Both the position numbers and the translations under genes were made by a program. A stretch of DNA of 20,000 nt from Deltaproteobacteria bacterium. GTDB taxonomy: Bacteria > JAGRBM01 > JAHCIT01. The number at the start of each line of letters is the position of its first letter. Position 1 is the first letter of the stretch. The notes beneath the pieces are model-generated. The model searched no databases. It was given only the letters and a program-made list of their open reading frames with translations, and was not told the DNA's origin. The DNA lies in NCBI GenBank assembly GCA_026129095.1, contig JAHCIT010000008.1, forward strand, positions 188,374 through 208,373. The letters are read 5' to 3'. Below are positions 7,330-15,986 of the stretch, in pieces.

Positions 7330-8095
7330 TCTTCCGGCCGAGCCAGACGACCCGGCCTTTCAGTTCAAACCCCCGCCCGTCGTTCTCGTCCACCTCGAAC
7401 GATTCGTACCGGGGATTGTCGCTGATAATCCGGATCTTCCCGGACGGCGTCCGCTGCAGCCGCTTTACGGACAGCGCGTCGCCTTGGCGGATGACGTAGA
7501 CGCCGCCGGAACCGACCGTCTTCTGCCGGAGATCCACGAGCAGGATGTCGCCGCCCAGGATCGCCGGCTCCATCGAATCCCCTTCGGCAGAGATCAGACG
7601 GAAATCCTCTTCCGGATTCGAAGTCCGGAGTTCGCGCCGGAGCCACTCGGTGCGGAACGCCATTTTCACGATCTCGCGCTCCTCGCCCACATCGTTTCCC
7701 GGGCCGGCGCTCGCCCGGACATTGAGCAGCGGGATGCGGGCGAAGTCGCGGGCGAACTGGACTTCATAGGCGGATGCCATTTCGGCCAGCCCGGCCTTCT
7801 TCATGGGCCGGACAGCGGAATCCTGCAGGGCGGCAGTATCGTCCGACAGCTCTTCTCGGAATGCCGCCTTCACCAGTTCGGCGGGCTTGCGAAGCATCGG
7901 CCCCTCGCCGGTCTCCAGCCATTTCAGGTTCACCCCGCGAATCGCGAGCGCGGTTGAAACGAGTGTCTTTGGGGCTTCGCTGACGTCGTTTTCCCAAGCC
8001 GAGACGGTCTTTTGCGACACCCCTAGGACCTGGCTCAGGTCGGCCTGAGTCAAGTCGAGTGCATCCCTTAGTGATTTCAACTGTTTACCAAACAT
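7325..8095 (-). CDS. cI: CI/LexA-type phage repressor (XRE HTH plus S24 autopeptidase)
   Basis: HTH LTQADLSQVLGVSQKTVSAWEN; Ala-Gly cleavage site SAGPG; catalytic Ser GDSMEP and Lys VKRL. Start ATG 8095 (alternative 8122). Confidence 0.93.
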   Translation of the reverse strand: MFGKQLKSLRDALDLTQADLSQVLGVSQKTVSAWENDVSEAPKTLVSTALAIRGVNLKWLETGEGPMLRKPAELVKAAFREELSDDTAALQDSAVRPMKKAGLAEMASAYEVQFARDFARIPLLNVRASAGPGNDVGEEREIVKMAFRTEWLRRELRTSNPEEDFRLISAEGDSMEPAILGGDILLVDLRQKTVGSGGVYVIRQGDALSVKRLQRTPSGKIRIISDNPRYESFEVDENDGRGFELKGRVVWLGRKI

Positions 8096-8153
8096 TGGTA
8101 AAATATCTTGACTTAATACCATAATCAGGTATTACTCATACCATAATATGGAA
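8084..8153. promoter_or_regulatory. Lysis/lysogeny switch: three operators TACC-N7-GGTA and divergent promoters
   Basis: O1 TTTACCAA-ACA-TTGGTAAA (8084-8102), O2 TAATACC-N7-GGTATTA (8114-8134), O3 TACC-N7-GGAA (8139-8153); TTGACT -35-like hexamer at 8108-8113; AT-rich. Confidence 0.8.
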
Positions 8154-8378
8154 CCGTTCGAAGTCGCCCATCGCCTCCGCAAAGCCGGACACACCCAAGT
8201 GGACCTAGCCAAGGAGTTCGATTGCACGCAGGGTTTCATCAACCACGTCATCTACGGCCGAAAGTCAAACCTCCGTATCCAGACTCGCATCGCCGAAATC
8301 CTCGGCGAACCCGTTGAATCCATCTGGCCTTTCGCCACCGAAACCACATTACCGCAAATTTCTGGAGGCGCGCAATAG
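8148..8378 (+). CDS. ner: Ner/Cro-like HTH regulator
   Basis: 76 aa; divergent from cI; Ner-type C-terminal RIAEILGEPVESIWP. Confidence 0.82.
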   Translation: MEPFEVAHRLRKAGHTQVDLAKEFDCTQGFINHVIYGRKSNLRIQTRIAEILGEPVESIWPFATETTLPQISGGAQ

Positions 8379-8380
8379 CG

Positions 8381-8848
8381 ATGCCGCAGCGAAGATTAGA
8401 CACCCCCCTGTCTGCGGCTTCGGGAACCGGTGAAGCCGCCAGTGAACTCGAAGGCCTGCCCCTTTTCACCGGCGTTCCACTCGCGCCCGTCACGCGGCCC
8501 GGCGAAGGCCAGCTCGACTGCGGGCCCGGTCTCAAGCGCATTCTCACGGACGCCATGAAGCCGTTCAGCCGTTACGACGTGGCGGCGGGAATCGGAAAGT
8601 TCACCGGCCGGGACATCACCAAAACAATTCTCGACGCCTGGACCGCCGAGTCCAAGGACCAGAACCAGATGCCCGCGCACCTGGTCCCGGCGTTCGTCCA
8701 CGCGACCCAGGACACCGGCCTCATCGAGGAACTCTGCCGGCTCTGCGGCGGCGCGTTCGTGCCGTTCGAGGAAACCCGTCTTCTGAAGAAGGCCCGTATC
8801 CAGAAAACCATCGAGCTGCTGAAGCAGCAGATGAACTCGCTGAAATAG
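8381..8848 (+). CDS. Phage regulatory protein, CII-like (typical second early gene of Mu-like phages)
   Basis: 155 aa; SRYDVAAGIGKFTGRDITKTILDAWTAESK...MPAHLVPAFVHAT pattern; position after Ner. Confidence 0.6.
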   Translation: MPQRRLDTPLSAASGTGEAASELEGLPLFTGVPLAPVTRPGEGQLDCGPGLKRILTDAMKPFSRYDVAAGIGKFTGRDITKTILDAWTAESKDQNQMPAHLVPAFVHATQDTGLIEELCRLCGGAFVPFEETRLLKKARIQKTIELLKQQMNSLK

Positions 8849-8856
8849 GAGACCCC

Positions 8857-9831
8857 ATGCAAGCTGAAATCTCGTCCACACGCCCGCTGCCTGAGCACCG
8901 CTTCGTCGAGGGCATCGATCTGCTCGCCCTGATGACGCCCGTCGGGGAAAAGGTCGAGGTCGTCACCGACGAGGAGCGCGACCACACGGAGACCGTCACG
9001 GTCACGGCTCCGCTCCGTGACCGGGCGCTCCAGGAAATCCACGCCATCGCGTCAAGTTCGAACCGGATCGTGCTGGCCCTCCAGCGTATAGAGCGGGAGA
9101 AGCTCTACGCCGCCTTCGGCCACCGGACCATGCGCGAGTTCCTGGAGTCGCTGTCGAAGACGCTGAAGAAGTCGCTCCGCACGATGGAAGAGAGCCACCA
9201 AATCGCCCGCGGCATCCACCCGGACGTAATCGGCGGCGCCATCGAGACACTCACCCACAAGAAACTGATCGAGGTGGCGAAGCTCGGGCCGGGCGCAACG
9301 AAGGAACGCATCGCCGCCCGCGTCGTCACCGAAACGGGCGAGGACCGGCCGGAAGCCCTGCTCAAGGTGTCCGACACGGAAGTCGTGGATCTCGTGGGCG
9401 CGTCCGTTTCCGAAGTGAAGGGCAAGATCAGTGAAGTGTGCAAGGCGCTCCGGATTCCGGTCAGGGGCAAGGAACCGAAGAAGAAGGTGGGCGAGTTCAG
9501 GGACAAGGTTCCGCCATCGATCCGCGCCGTGGACATCCTGATCTTCCTCGCCGGCCGCAGCGGTCCGGTCCGGACCAGCGACGTGGGCAACCATCTTCGC
9601 AAGCTGAACGGTGACGACGCAAAGAATGCCGACATGGACCCGGCGGCGACCCGCCACCTGCAGGCCTTCGCCGATCACGGAATCGTCGAGAAGATCGAGA
9701 GCGCCGGCGGCAAGGCTGAACGATGGCAGATCATCGGTCAGGTACGCGCCCGGATGATCATCGGTCTGCTGGAGCAGGCCGAGGCGGACGACGGGCTGAT
9801 CCAGAAGGTCCGCAGGCACCTGGAGAAATAA
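8857..9831 (+). CDS. Early protein with DUF3102-like N-terminal region and C-terminal IclR-like winged HTH
   Basis: 324 aa with AGGAG SD; LQRIEREKLYAAFGHRTMREFL segment; C-terminal IRAVDILIFLAGRSGPVRTSDVGNHL...HLQAFADHGIVEK...RWQI. Confidence 0.55.
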   Translation: MQAEISSTRPLPEHRFVEGIDLLALMTPVGEKVEVVTDEERDHTETVTVTAPLRDRALQEIHAIASSSNRIVLALQRIEREKLYAAFGHRTMREFLESLSKTLKKSLRTMEESHQIARGIHPDVIGGAIETLTHKKLIEVAKLGPGATKERIAARVVTETGEDRPEALLKVSDTEVVDLVGASVSEVKGKISEVCKALRIPVRGKEPKKKVGEFRDKVPPSIRAVDILIFLAGRSGPVRTSDVGNHLRKLNGDDAKNADMDPAATRHLQAFADHGIVEKIESAGGKAERWQIIGQVRARMIIGLLEQAEADDGLIQKVRRHLEK

Positions 9832-9860
9832 CCCCTCATTCACGCGAAGCGGAGGCAAGC

Positions 9861-10361
9861 ATGGGCACGACCGAAACAACGGACGAAAAGAAGGTGGTCC
9901 CCTTCCGGCGGAAGGAGGAACTGGGATCACCGCCGCTCGATTCGCTGCCGGAACCGGCGGATGACCACGAACGCCGGCTCATCGACATGTTCCGGAAGAC
10001 CGAGGACGAGCTTCGCTCCGAGAAGGAAGAGACCGCGCGGCTCGAACACGAGGTCGCCCGGATGGCGGACCACCTTCGCCTCGTGACGGCGAAGGTGGCC
10101 GCGGCGGCGCCGGGCCGGATGGAGTCCCTCGAAGGCCGCATCCGGGAACTGGAACGCCAGCTCCGTACCGCGCCGGACCTGCAGGCGGAAACCGAGGAGA
10201 TGCTCCAGCGGTCAGCGCAGCTCAGGCGCGGGCTAGCGCTGATCGACCCCGCCGCCTGGAAGCCGAACGATACCCAGTTCGCCCTCGTCATGGGGTCGCT
10301 CGCGCAGACCCGCGAGGCCATTGAACGGTTCGCCGCCGCAGCCGGAGGAGACCTGCCATGA
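9861..10361 (+). CDS. Hypothetical coiled-coil early protein
   Basis: ATG 9861 (MGTTETT) with GGAGG SD; E/R/L-rich heptads; ATGA overlap with the next gene. Confidence 0.7.
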   Translation: MGTTETTDEKKVVPFRRKEELGSPPLDSLPEPADDHERRLIDMFRKTEDELRSEKEETARLEHEVARMADHLRLVTAKVAAAAPGRMESLEGRIRELERQLRTAPDLQAETEEMLQRSAQLRRGLALIDPAAWKPNDTQFALVMGSLAQTREAIERFAAAAGGDLP

Positions 10362-10654
10362 GCGACCGCATGATTTCCCGGGCGCGGCACGGCCGCGACG
10401 CACTGCTCCTCGAACGGGCGGCTCTGCTGAACGAACGTCCCACGGCCGAGGCGCTCCGGCGGATACACATCGCCGCCGTCGCCATGGATTATGTGCGCGG
10501 CTACACGGATCTGGACCAGCTGCTGGAAGCTGTCCGGTCGGACCCGGACGAAGACAACAGCGGCTCCGGCACGCCGCCGGAACCGGAGCCCGAACCGTCC
10601 GTCTATTCCCCCGACGAAGATGCCCTCTGGCACGACGAAGGAGTCGCCGGATGA
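10358..10654 (+). CDS. Hypothetical protein with acidic C-terminus
   Basis: 98 aa; GGAGG SD; ATGA overlaps at both ends. Confidence 0.7.
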   Translation: MSDRMISRARHGRDALLLERAALLNERPTAEALRRIHIAAVAMDYVRGYTDLDQLLEAVRSDPDEDNSGSGTPPEPEPEPSVYSPDEDALWHDEGVAG

Positions 10655-11049
10655 AGGCGCTCAGGATCGCCGGACCGTCCGAAGCCGCCGCCCGGCTGCG
10701 CTGTCTCGGCGGCGACGCCGGGTCCGTCCGGGCCGTGGCGTTCTTTGCCGGGACGGGAACGGCGAAGGCCGCCTTCGTCTCCGCCTGGTCTGCCGTCGCC
10801 CGCGAAGGCGACCGGCTCATCTGCTGGCCGCGCAGGCTGCTCACGCTGGAGGACATCGCCAGGAAAGTCGTCAGGCTCCGGCTCTGCGGCATGACGGCCG
10901 CGCTGGTCGAGGTCCGGCCGTCCGACATACCCGAAGGACTGAACGTTCTAATCGAGACCGCTGCGACGCGGGAACTCCCACTGATCCTCATGGATCGCGA
11001 CCCGGGCCCGCTGTTCGCAGTTCACCACTCCGGAGGGGCCACGGCATGA
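10651..11049 (+). CDS. Hypothetical protein
   Basis: ATG 10651 (MKALRIAG) with AAGGAG SD; ATGA overlaps at both ends. Confidence 0.65.
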   Translation: MKALRIAGPSEAAARLRCLGGDAGSVRAVAFFAGTGTAKAAFVSAWSAVAREGDRLICWPRRLLTLEDIARKVVRLRLCGMTAALVEVRPSDIPEGLNVLIETAATRELPLILMDRDPGPLFAVHHSGGATA

Positions 11050-11219
11050 ACTGCATCCAAGCGATGGACCTTTCGCACTGCATTCAGCTGGTGATCTTCA
11101 CCGGGATGGCCTCGTTCGCCCTCGGGTGGCTGTGGGGTGAGCGGGCCGGCCGCGAGGAGATCCTGGAGCGGCTGAATCCGCCCGCACCGGAGCCCAACGG
11201 AAAGGACCGGACGAAATGA
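11046..11219 (+). CDS. Small membrane protein
   Basis: 57 aa from ATG 11046 (MNCIQAMD) with GGAGG SD; one hydrophobic helix; coupled to both neighbours. Confidence 0.6.
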   Translation: MNCIQAMDLSHCIQLVIFTGMASFALGWLWGERAGREEILERLNPPAPEPNGKDRTK

Positions 11220-11485
11220 GCACCGGGGTCTTCGCCGAGAACGTCCGGCAGGCGCTGGAGTTCGTCGAGATGCTTGGTCCCCACTCCATGCTGACGCTCG
11301 CCGACATCATGGACGAGTTCGGCGTGTCGATGCCGGCGGCGAAGAAGATCGTGGGCCGAGCCCGGCATCTGGGCTTCGCGGTGCAGACGGTCCATCTCGA
11401 CAGCGGGATCCACGTCTACCGGATCGACACGGACGAGCTGAGGCGTGTCATGCAGATCGCGGCGAAACGGAGGAAAACCAGGTGA
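11216..11485 (+). CDS. Small winged-HTH-like protein
   Basis: 89 aa; LTLADIMDEFGVSMPAAKKIVGRARHLGFAV...GIHVYRI. Confidence 0.65.
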   Translation: MSTGVFAENVRQALEFVEMLGPHSMLTLADIMDEFGVSMPAAKKIVGRARHLGFAVQTVHLDSGIHVYRIDTDELRRVMQIAAKRRKTR

Positions 11486-11859
11486 ACCCCAGGACGCACA
11501 CACCAGAGGAAATGAAGGCCATGCTCCGCCAGTTCATCGAGAACCGGTGCCGGGGCCGCGAAAACTCGATGAAGCTGAACGCGCTGGCCCGCCAGTTTTT
11601 GACGGACCGGAAGGCGGTGCAGGCGGCGATCCAGGGGCTGATCGCCGACGGGGTTCCGGTCGGCACGTCGAAAACCCCTCCGGCCGGTGTCTTCCTGATC
11701 GAGAGCGAGGCGGAGCGTCTCGCAGCCGCGAACATGCTGATCCGCACGGCGGTGAGCGAGCTGAAGCGGGCGGCGGCGCTCAAGAAGATCCCGCTCGGAG
11801 ACGTGTTCCGTCAGCTCGAACTGGGGTTCGTCCCGCAAATGGGGACCGGCAGGCCCTAG
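11482..11859 (+). CDS. Winged-HTH DNA-binding protein
   Basis: 125 aa; GRENSMKLNALARQF...RKAVQAAIQGLIADGVPVGTS...GVFLI pattern common in prophage wHTH proteins; GGAGG SD. Confidence 0.7.
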   Translation: MNPRTHTPEEMKAMLRQFIENRCRGRENSMKLNALARQFLTDRKAVQAAIQGLIADGVPVGTSKTPPAGVFLIESEAERLAAANMLIRTAVSELKRAAALKKIPLGDVFRQLELGFVPQMGTGRP

Positions 11860-11893
11860 GGTGGTCCGATGACAAGGACGGGGTGACGACCGG

Positions 11894-13567
11894 ATGAAGA
11901 AGGATCTGATCGGGGAGCTGGTGAAAGTGCTGGAAACGACACCACGAGGAGAACGAAACCTGAAGGTCGCGGAGTATGCCCGCGTTCTCGGCGTCTCGGA
12001 GCGCACGCTCCACCGGCGTCTCGCCGCACACCGCATGGCGCAAGACCCATCCCGGACGGCGCGGCGCAAGACCCGCGCCGACAGCGGCACGAGCCGGGCG
12101 ACCGCCGCCGAGATCGAAGCGGTGGCGGCCATCCAGCACATCGCGCGGGACCGGAGCCGCTCGCCGCTCGCACCGGGCGGGGGCCGGAGACTCCCCATGA
12201 CGGTGGCGATCGACACCGCGAGGGCCTCCGGATTCCTCGCGTCGGACCTCTCGGACCAGCGCCTCGCCCAGCTCGCCCGGTCACTCGGCTACCGGGCTCC
12301 GGAGCCGGTCCGCCGGTTCCAGGCTGGCCGTGCCAACGACGTGCACCAGCTCGACTACTCGGGCTCGTCCTGCTTCGCCTTCGCCGGTTTCGCGGACGAC
12401 GGCGTGCCGCTCGTCCGGGTGCGGGGCAGCGCCCTCGAGCGCTACAACGCCGCAAAAGACGGAGCGGAGCCGGTAGACCCGCGCCGCGTGTGGATACTCG
12501 CCTGGGTGGACGACCACTCCGGCGCGGCGTTCAGCGCCTACTTCGTCTCCCCCGGCGAGGAGACGGCGGTGATCCTGTCCACGCTGCTCGATTCCTGGAC
12601 CGGACGGCACGGGCACCAGTCGGTGCCGTTCGGCATGCCGCGTTTCCTCTACGTGGACCAGGGCCCGGCCCACAAGAGCGAGCTGTTCCGCAGCTGCCTC
12701 GGGGCGCTCATTCACCCCGACGGGAAACCGGTGCGGGTCATCACGACGGCGGCCGGCAACGCGCAGGCGAAAGGGAAGGTGGAGCGGCGGTTCCGCGACA
12801 TCAAGACCGCCTTCGAGGGGCGCTTCTGGCTCCAGCCGGGGAAGACCTACCGGCTGGACGAGGTGAACCGGCTGCTCCTCGCCTTCTGCGCGGAGCGGAA
12901 CGCCAGGGCCCACCGGTCGCAGGCGGATCACACCCGGTTCGCCCTCTGGCAGCGGTCGGCCCGGAGCCTCACGGTGCCGGGCCCGGATGCCTGGCTGAAC
13001 GCCTGGGAGACGGAGACCCGCCAGGTGGGCCGCGACGGCACCATCCGGTTCGGCGGCGTCGTCTACCGGGCACCCGTGGAGTTCACCGGCCGGAAGGTCA
13101 AGGTGTTCCACTCGCTCGCCGGCGAACTGTTCGCCGAGGATCCGCAGACGAAGAAATCCCATGCCTGCCCGCCGTTCGAGTTCGAGGCGTTCGGCGGCGG
13201 CAGGGGCCTCGCCGCTCCCGCCCCGCAGGCGGTGGAGCGGCTCAGGAAAGCGGTGGAGTCGCTGCGCTCGGCGGCGTTCCCGCAACCGGTTCTAGGTGAG
13301 GGCCAGCAACTCACGGTGGTGCAGATGCGTGGCAGAAAGACGGAGGCACAGGAGCGGAGACCGTTCGAGGAGGACACCTCGTTCGGATCCATCGAGGAAG
13401 CGGTGCGGTTCGTGCTCGAGGAGCTCGACCTCACGGCGGACGACGCGGGGACGGCAGCGATGGAACTGCTCCGCGAGCGGCTTGCCGAAACGGGGCTCGA
13501 CCGGGCGAAGGTCCGGGAGCTCGCGGCACAACTCAGGGACGCGCAGGCGTCCGCCGCGCAGGCCTGA
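11894..13567 (+). CDS. DDE transposase (MuA-like; rve core with Mu-transposase C-terminal domain)
   Basis: 557 aa; N-terminal HTH (ARVLGVSERTLHRRL); DDE triad in HQLDYS, YVDQG and AKGKVERRF; WVDDHS strand; C-terminal RQVGRDGTIRFGGVVY. Confidence 0.92.
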   Translation: MKKDLIGELVKVLETTPRGERNLKVAEYARVLGVSERTLHRRLAAHRMAQDPSRTARRKTRADSGTSRATAAEIEAVAAIQHIARDRSRSPLAPGGGRRLPMTVAIDTARASGFLASDLSDQRLAQLARSLGYRAPEPVRRFQAGRANDVHQLDYSGSSCFAFAGFADDGVPLVRVRGSALERYNAAKDGAEPVDPRRVWILAWVDDHSGAAFSAYFVSPGEETAVILSTLLDSWTGRHGHQSVPFGMPRFLYVDQGPAHKSELFRSCLGALIHPDGKPVRVITTAAGNAQAKGKVERRFRDIKTAFEGRFWLQPGKTYRLDEVNRLLLAFCAERNARAHRSQADHTRFALWQRSARSLTVPGPDAWLNAWETETRQVGRDGTIRFGGVVYRAPVEFTGRKVKVFHSLAGELFAEDPQTKKSHACPPFEFEAFGGGRGLAAPAPQAVERLRKAVESLRSAAFPQPVLGEGQQLTVVQMRGRKTEAQERRPFEEDTSFGSIEEAVRFVLEELDLTADDAGTAAMELLRERLAETGLDRAKVRELAAQLRDAQASAAQA

Positions 13568-13640
13568 TCCCGCAGGGGAAACGGACCGCGCGGAAGAAAG
13601 GGCCTGCGAAGGCAGGTTCTACCGGTACACGGAGGTCAAC

Positions 13641-14705
13641 ATGCTGGAGGCGGCATTGTCACATTTCGGATTCACGGAACTCCCGTTCAGCTCGGACTGG
13701 CGGGGGGAGATTTTCGAGTCGAAGGATTTCCGGGACACCCGGACGGCGGTGGATTCGGCCATCGAGCGGCATTCGAAGCTGCTCGTCACGGCCCCGATCG
13801 GGGCCGGTAAGACAGAGGCGGCGGATGAGGCGATCCGCCGGGCGAAGGAACGCTGGGACCGGACCGCCGAGGAACCGCTGCTGGTCGTGCCGCTGCTCGC
13901 CCGCGCGAAGAACCAGCTCACGGTGTCGGCGGTGGAGGACACCCTCCACGACGCGCTGGGTATCTCGGGCAGCAGCCGCCGCGAGGTAAGGGCCAGACGG
14001 CTGCACCAGGCGCTGGAATCGCGGCTGGCCAGCGGTGGCCGCGTGGCGCTCGTCATCGACGAGGCGCATGACCTCACGGCGCGGGTGCTTCGGGAACTCA
14101 AGACGCTGCACGAACTCCGTTCGTCCACGGGGAGGCCGCTGTTCGCGATGATCCTCGTGGCGCAAGACACGATCAGGAGTTTCATGAAAATCCACGCGCT
14201 GCACCTGTGGCAGCGCATCCGGGTCCACGAACTGAAGGGGCTCCGGCGCGACGAGATCGAGCCCTACCTCCGGCTCAAGCTGGAGGAGGCCGGAGCGCCG
14301 AAGACGTTTTCGCCGGACGCGATCGGAGCCGTCAAGAAATCCCAGGCCACCTGGCTGCCGCTCGATCTCAACCAGCTGTGCCAGCAGGCGCTGCACGATG
14401 CCTGGCGTCGCGGCGAGAAACAGGTCTCGGCGGAGACGGTGGAGATCGTGCTCAGGCCGAACCTTCTGTTCGCCCTGATGAAGCAGAAGGGGCTCTCCCA
14501 GAACGAGCTGGCCGGGGTCTCCGGCGTTCCGGCGTCCACGCTCAGCACCTTTTTCACGCGTCCGGAGGAGATGAGCGCCCAGAAGCGCGAGGAGGTCCGG
14601 TCGAAGCTCGTGGCCGGGCTGACGAAGACAGCGGCCCGCGAGCCCGACAAGAGCCGGATGGTCATCGGGACGCCGGTGGACGGCGCAAAGGGAAAAGCGG
14701 CCTGA
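13641..14705 (+). CDS. Transposition ATPase (MuB/ExeA-like AAA+) with C-terminal XRE HTH
   Basis: ATG 13641 (MLEAALSHFGF) with GGAGG SD; Walker A APIGAGKT, Walker B LVIDEAH, MILVAQ sensor; C-terminal GLSQNELAGVSGVPASTLSTFF. Confidence 0.9.
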   Translation: MLEAALSHFGFTELPFSSDWRGEIFESKDFRDTRTAVDSAIERHSKLLVTAPIGAGKTEAADEAIRRAKERWDRTAEEPLLVVPLLARAKNQLTVSAVEDTLHDALGISGSSRREVRARRLHQALESRLASGGRVALVIDEAHDLTARVLRELKTLHELRSSTGRPLFAMILVAQDTIRSFMKIHALHLWQRIRVHELKGLRRDEIEPYLRLKLEEAGAPKTFSPDAIGAVKKSQATWLPLDLNQLCQQALHDAWRRGEKQVSAETVEIVLRPNLLFALMKQKGLSQNELAGVSGVPASTLSTFFTRPEEMSAQKREEVRSKLVAGLTKTAAREPDKSRMVIGTPVDGAKGKAA

Positions 14706-14787
14706 CGATTCAGCCGGAGGCAATAACCCCGCGCCGTGGTGGCGGAAGCCGGAGAAGACACGGCGCACAGACGAAGAGGAAAGTCCC

Positions 14788-15336
14788 ATGTCGAAGACCA
14801 GCAAAGTGAAGACGACGGCGATCCAGCCCGCCGCCAGCCGGACGGAAGCCGAGGAGCTGCTCGCCCGGATCGGAAAGAACCAGCGGAAGGTGACGGCCAT
14901 CGAGAGCCGCCTCTCCGACCGCGTGACGAAACTGCAGCAGGAGGCCGCCCAGGAGGCGGAGCCGCTGAATGCGGAGATCGAGAACGATTTCCAGCGGCTT
15001 CACCTGTGGGCGGAGGCGAACCGCGGCGCTCTGCTCGAGGGCAATTCGAAGACCGCGAAGCTCGCCACCGGCGAACTGTCGTGGAGGGTGTCGCCGCCCA
15101 AATGCACGCTCACCGGCGAAGCGGCCGTCATCGCCTCGCTGAAGAAGCACGGGCTCGAGGACGCCATCCGTACGAAGGAGACCGTCGACAAGGAGACCAT
15201 CCTGGACGACCCCGCCCGGTTCGACGGGATCAAGGGCATCTCGGTCACGCAGAAGGAGGACTTCATCGCGAAGCCGACCGAAAGCGAGATCGAGCGGGCC
15301 GTCACCCAGGACCGCCGGGACAGGATCGCGGCCTGA
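14788..15336 (+). CDS. gam: Mu Gam-like host-nuclease inhibitor (DNA end-binding)
   Basis: 182 aa; N-terminal coiled coil, SKTAKLATGELSWRVSPP, IRTKETVDK, GISVTQKEDF; follows transposase B. Confidence 0.9.
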   Translation: MSKTSKVKTTAIQPAASRTEAEELLARIGKNQRKVTAIESRLSDRVTKLQQEAAQEAEPLNAEIENDFQRLHLWAEANRGALLEGNSKTAKLATGELSWRVSPPKCTLTGEAAVIASLKKHGLEDAIRTKETVDKETILDDPARFDGIKGISVTQKEDFIAKPTESEIERAVTQDRRDRIAA

Positions 15337-15363
15337 CGGCCGCTCCACGGACGGAGAACAGCC

Positions 15364-15810
15364 ATGAACACCCAGCCCGCATCCGAGCCTGTGACCCCCG
15401 CCCAGATCCCGGCGATCTGGGCGGCGGGACGGGCGGCTGGTCTGGACCGCGAGGGCATCTATGACGTCGTTGAGCAGGTGTCGGGGTTCCGCTCGGTCAC
15501 CCGGCTCACGAAGGAAGAGGCCCGCCAGATCATTGACCGGCTCAACCCCCGCCGCCCCCGCCGGCGCTCCCACGCGCGCACCCGCGCCCCTGCCCAGGGA
15601 ACGTCCGGCGGCGGGCCGATCCCAGCCATTCCGAGCCCCGGCCAGCGGGCCTATGCCCGGAAGCTGATCGAGGAGCTGGAACGGACCCGTGGGATCCCGT
15701 TCGCGCAGGGGGTCGTGGAAAAGGCCATCGCCAAAAGCACCCCCCTCACCAGCCAGGACTACCAGCGGGTGATCGAGGCGATGAAGGCGCTGGGAAGGAG
15801 GTGCGGATGA
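15364..15810 (+). CDS. GemA/DUF1018-like regulatory protein
   Basis: 148 aa; TPAQIPAIWAAGRAAGLDREGIYDVVEQVSGFRSVTRLTKEEARQIIDRL and VIEAMKAL match the Mu gp16 pattern. Confidence 0.75.
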   Translation: MNTQPASEPVTPAQIPAIWAAGRAAGLDREGIYDVVEQVSGFRSVTRLTKEEARQIIDRLNPRRPRRRSHARTRAPAQGTSGGGPIPAIPSPGQRAYARKLIEELERTRGIPFAQGVVEKAIAKSTPLTSQDYQRVIEAMKALGRRCG

Positions 15811-15986
15811 ACGGCTGTCTTCTGCTCCGCACCGGGTGGTTCGGAACCGTGCGGGTCTGGTTCGCCAGACGGAGATGGTTTCTTCAACGGACGGATGATC
15901 CGTCAACGGTCCTGTGGGGCGGTGACGGACAGACGCTCTGCGATTTCCTGGACTCCCTGGAGTCCGCCGCAAGGGAGGCCGCATGA
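15807..15986 (+). CDS. Hypothetical protein
   Basis: 59 aa; AGGAGG SD; ATGA overlaps at both ends. Confidence 0.55.
   Translation: MNGCLLLRTGWFGTVRVWFARRRWFLQRTDDPSTVLWGGDGQTLCDFLDSLESAAREAA

Noticed and set aside
13296-13640. Upstream extensions of ORF-track calls (13296, 9723, 10321, 10491, 16846, 17957)
   Set aside because: They overlap upstream genes; internal ATGs with good SD or ATGA coupling are better starts.
11894-14705. IS21-like element (IstA/IstB) interpretation of the transposase and ATPase pair
   Set aside because: No terminal inverted repeats seen flanking the pair; it is embedded in a phage early operon with ner and gam.
14776-14786. GAGGAAAGTCC, matching the conserved RNase P RNA 5' motif
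   Set aside because: It is the SD region directly before the gam ATG; there is no room for the rest of RNase P RNA.
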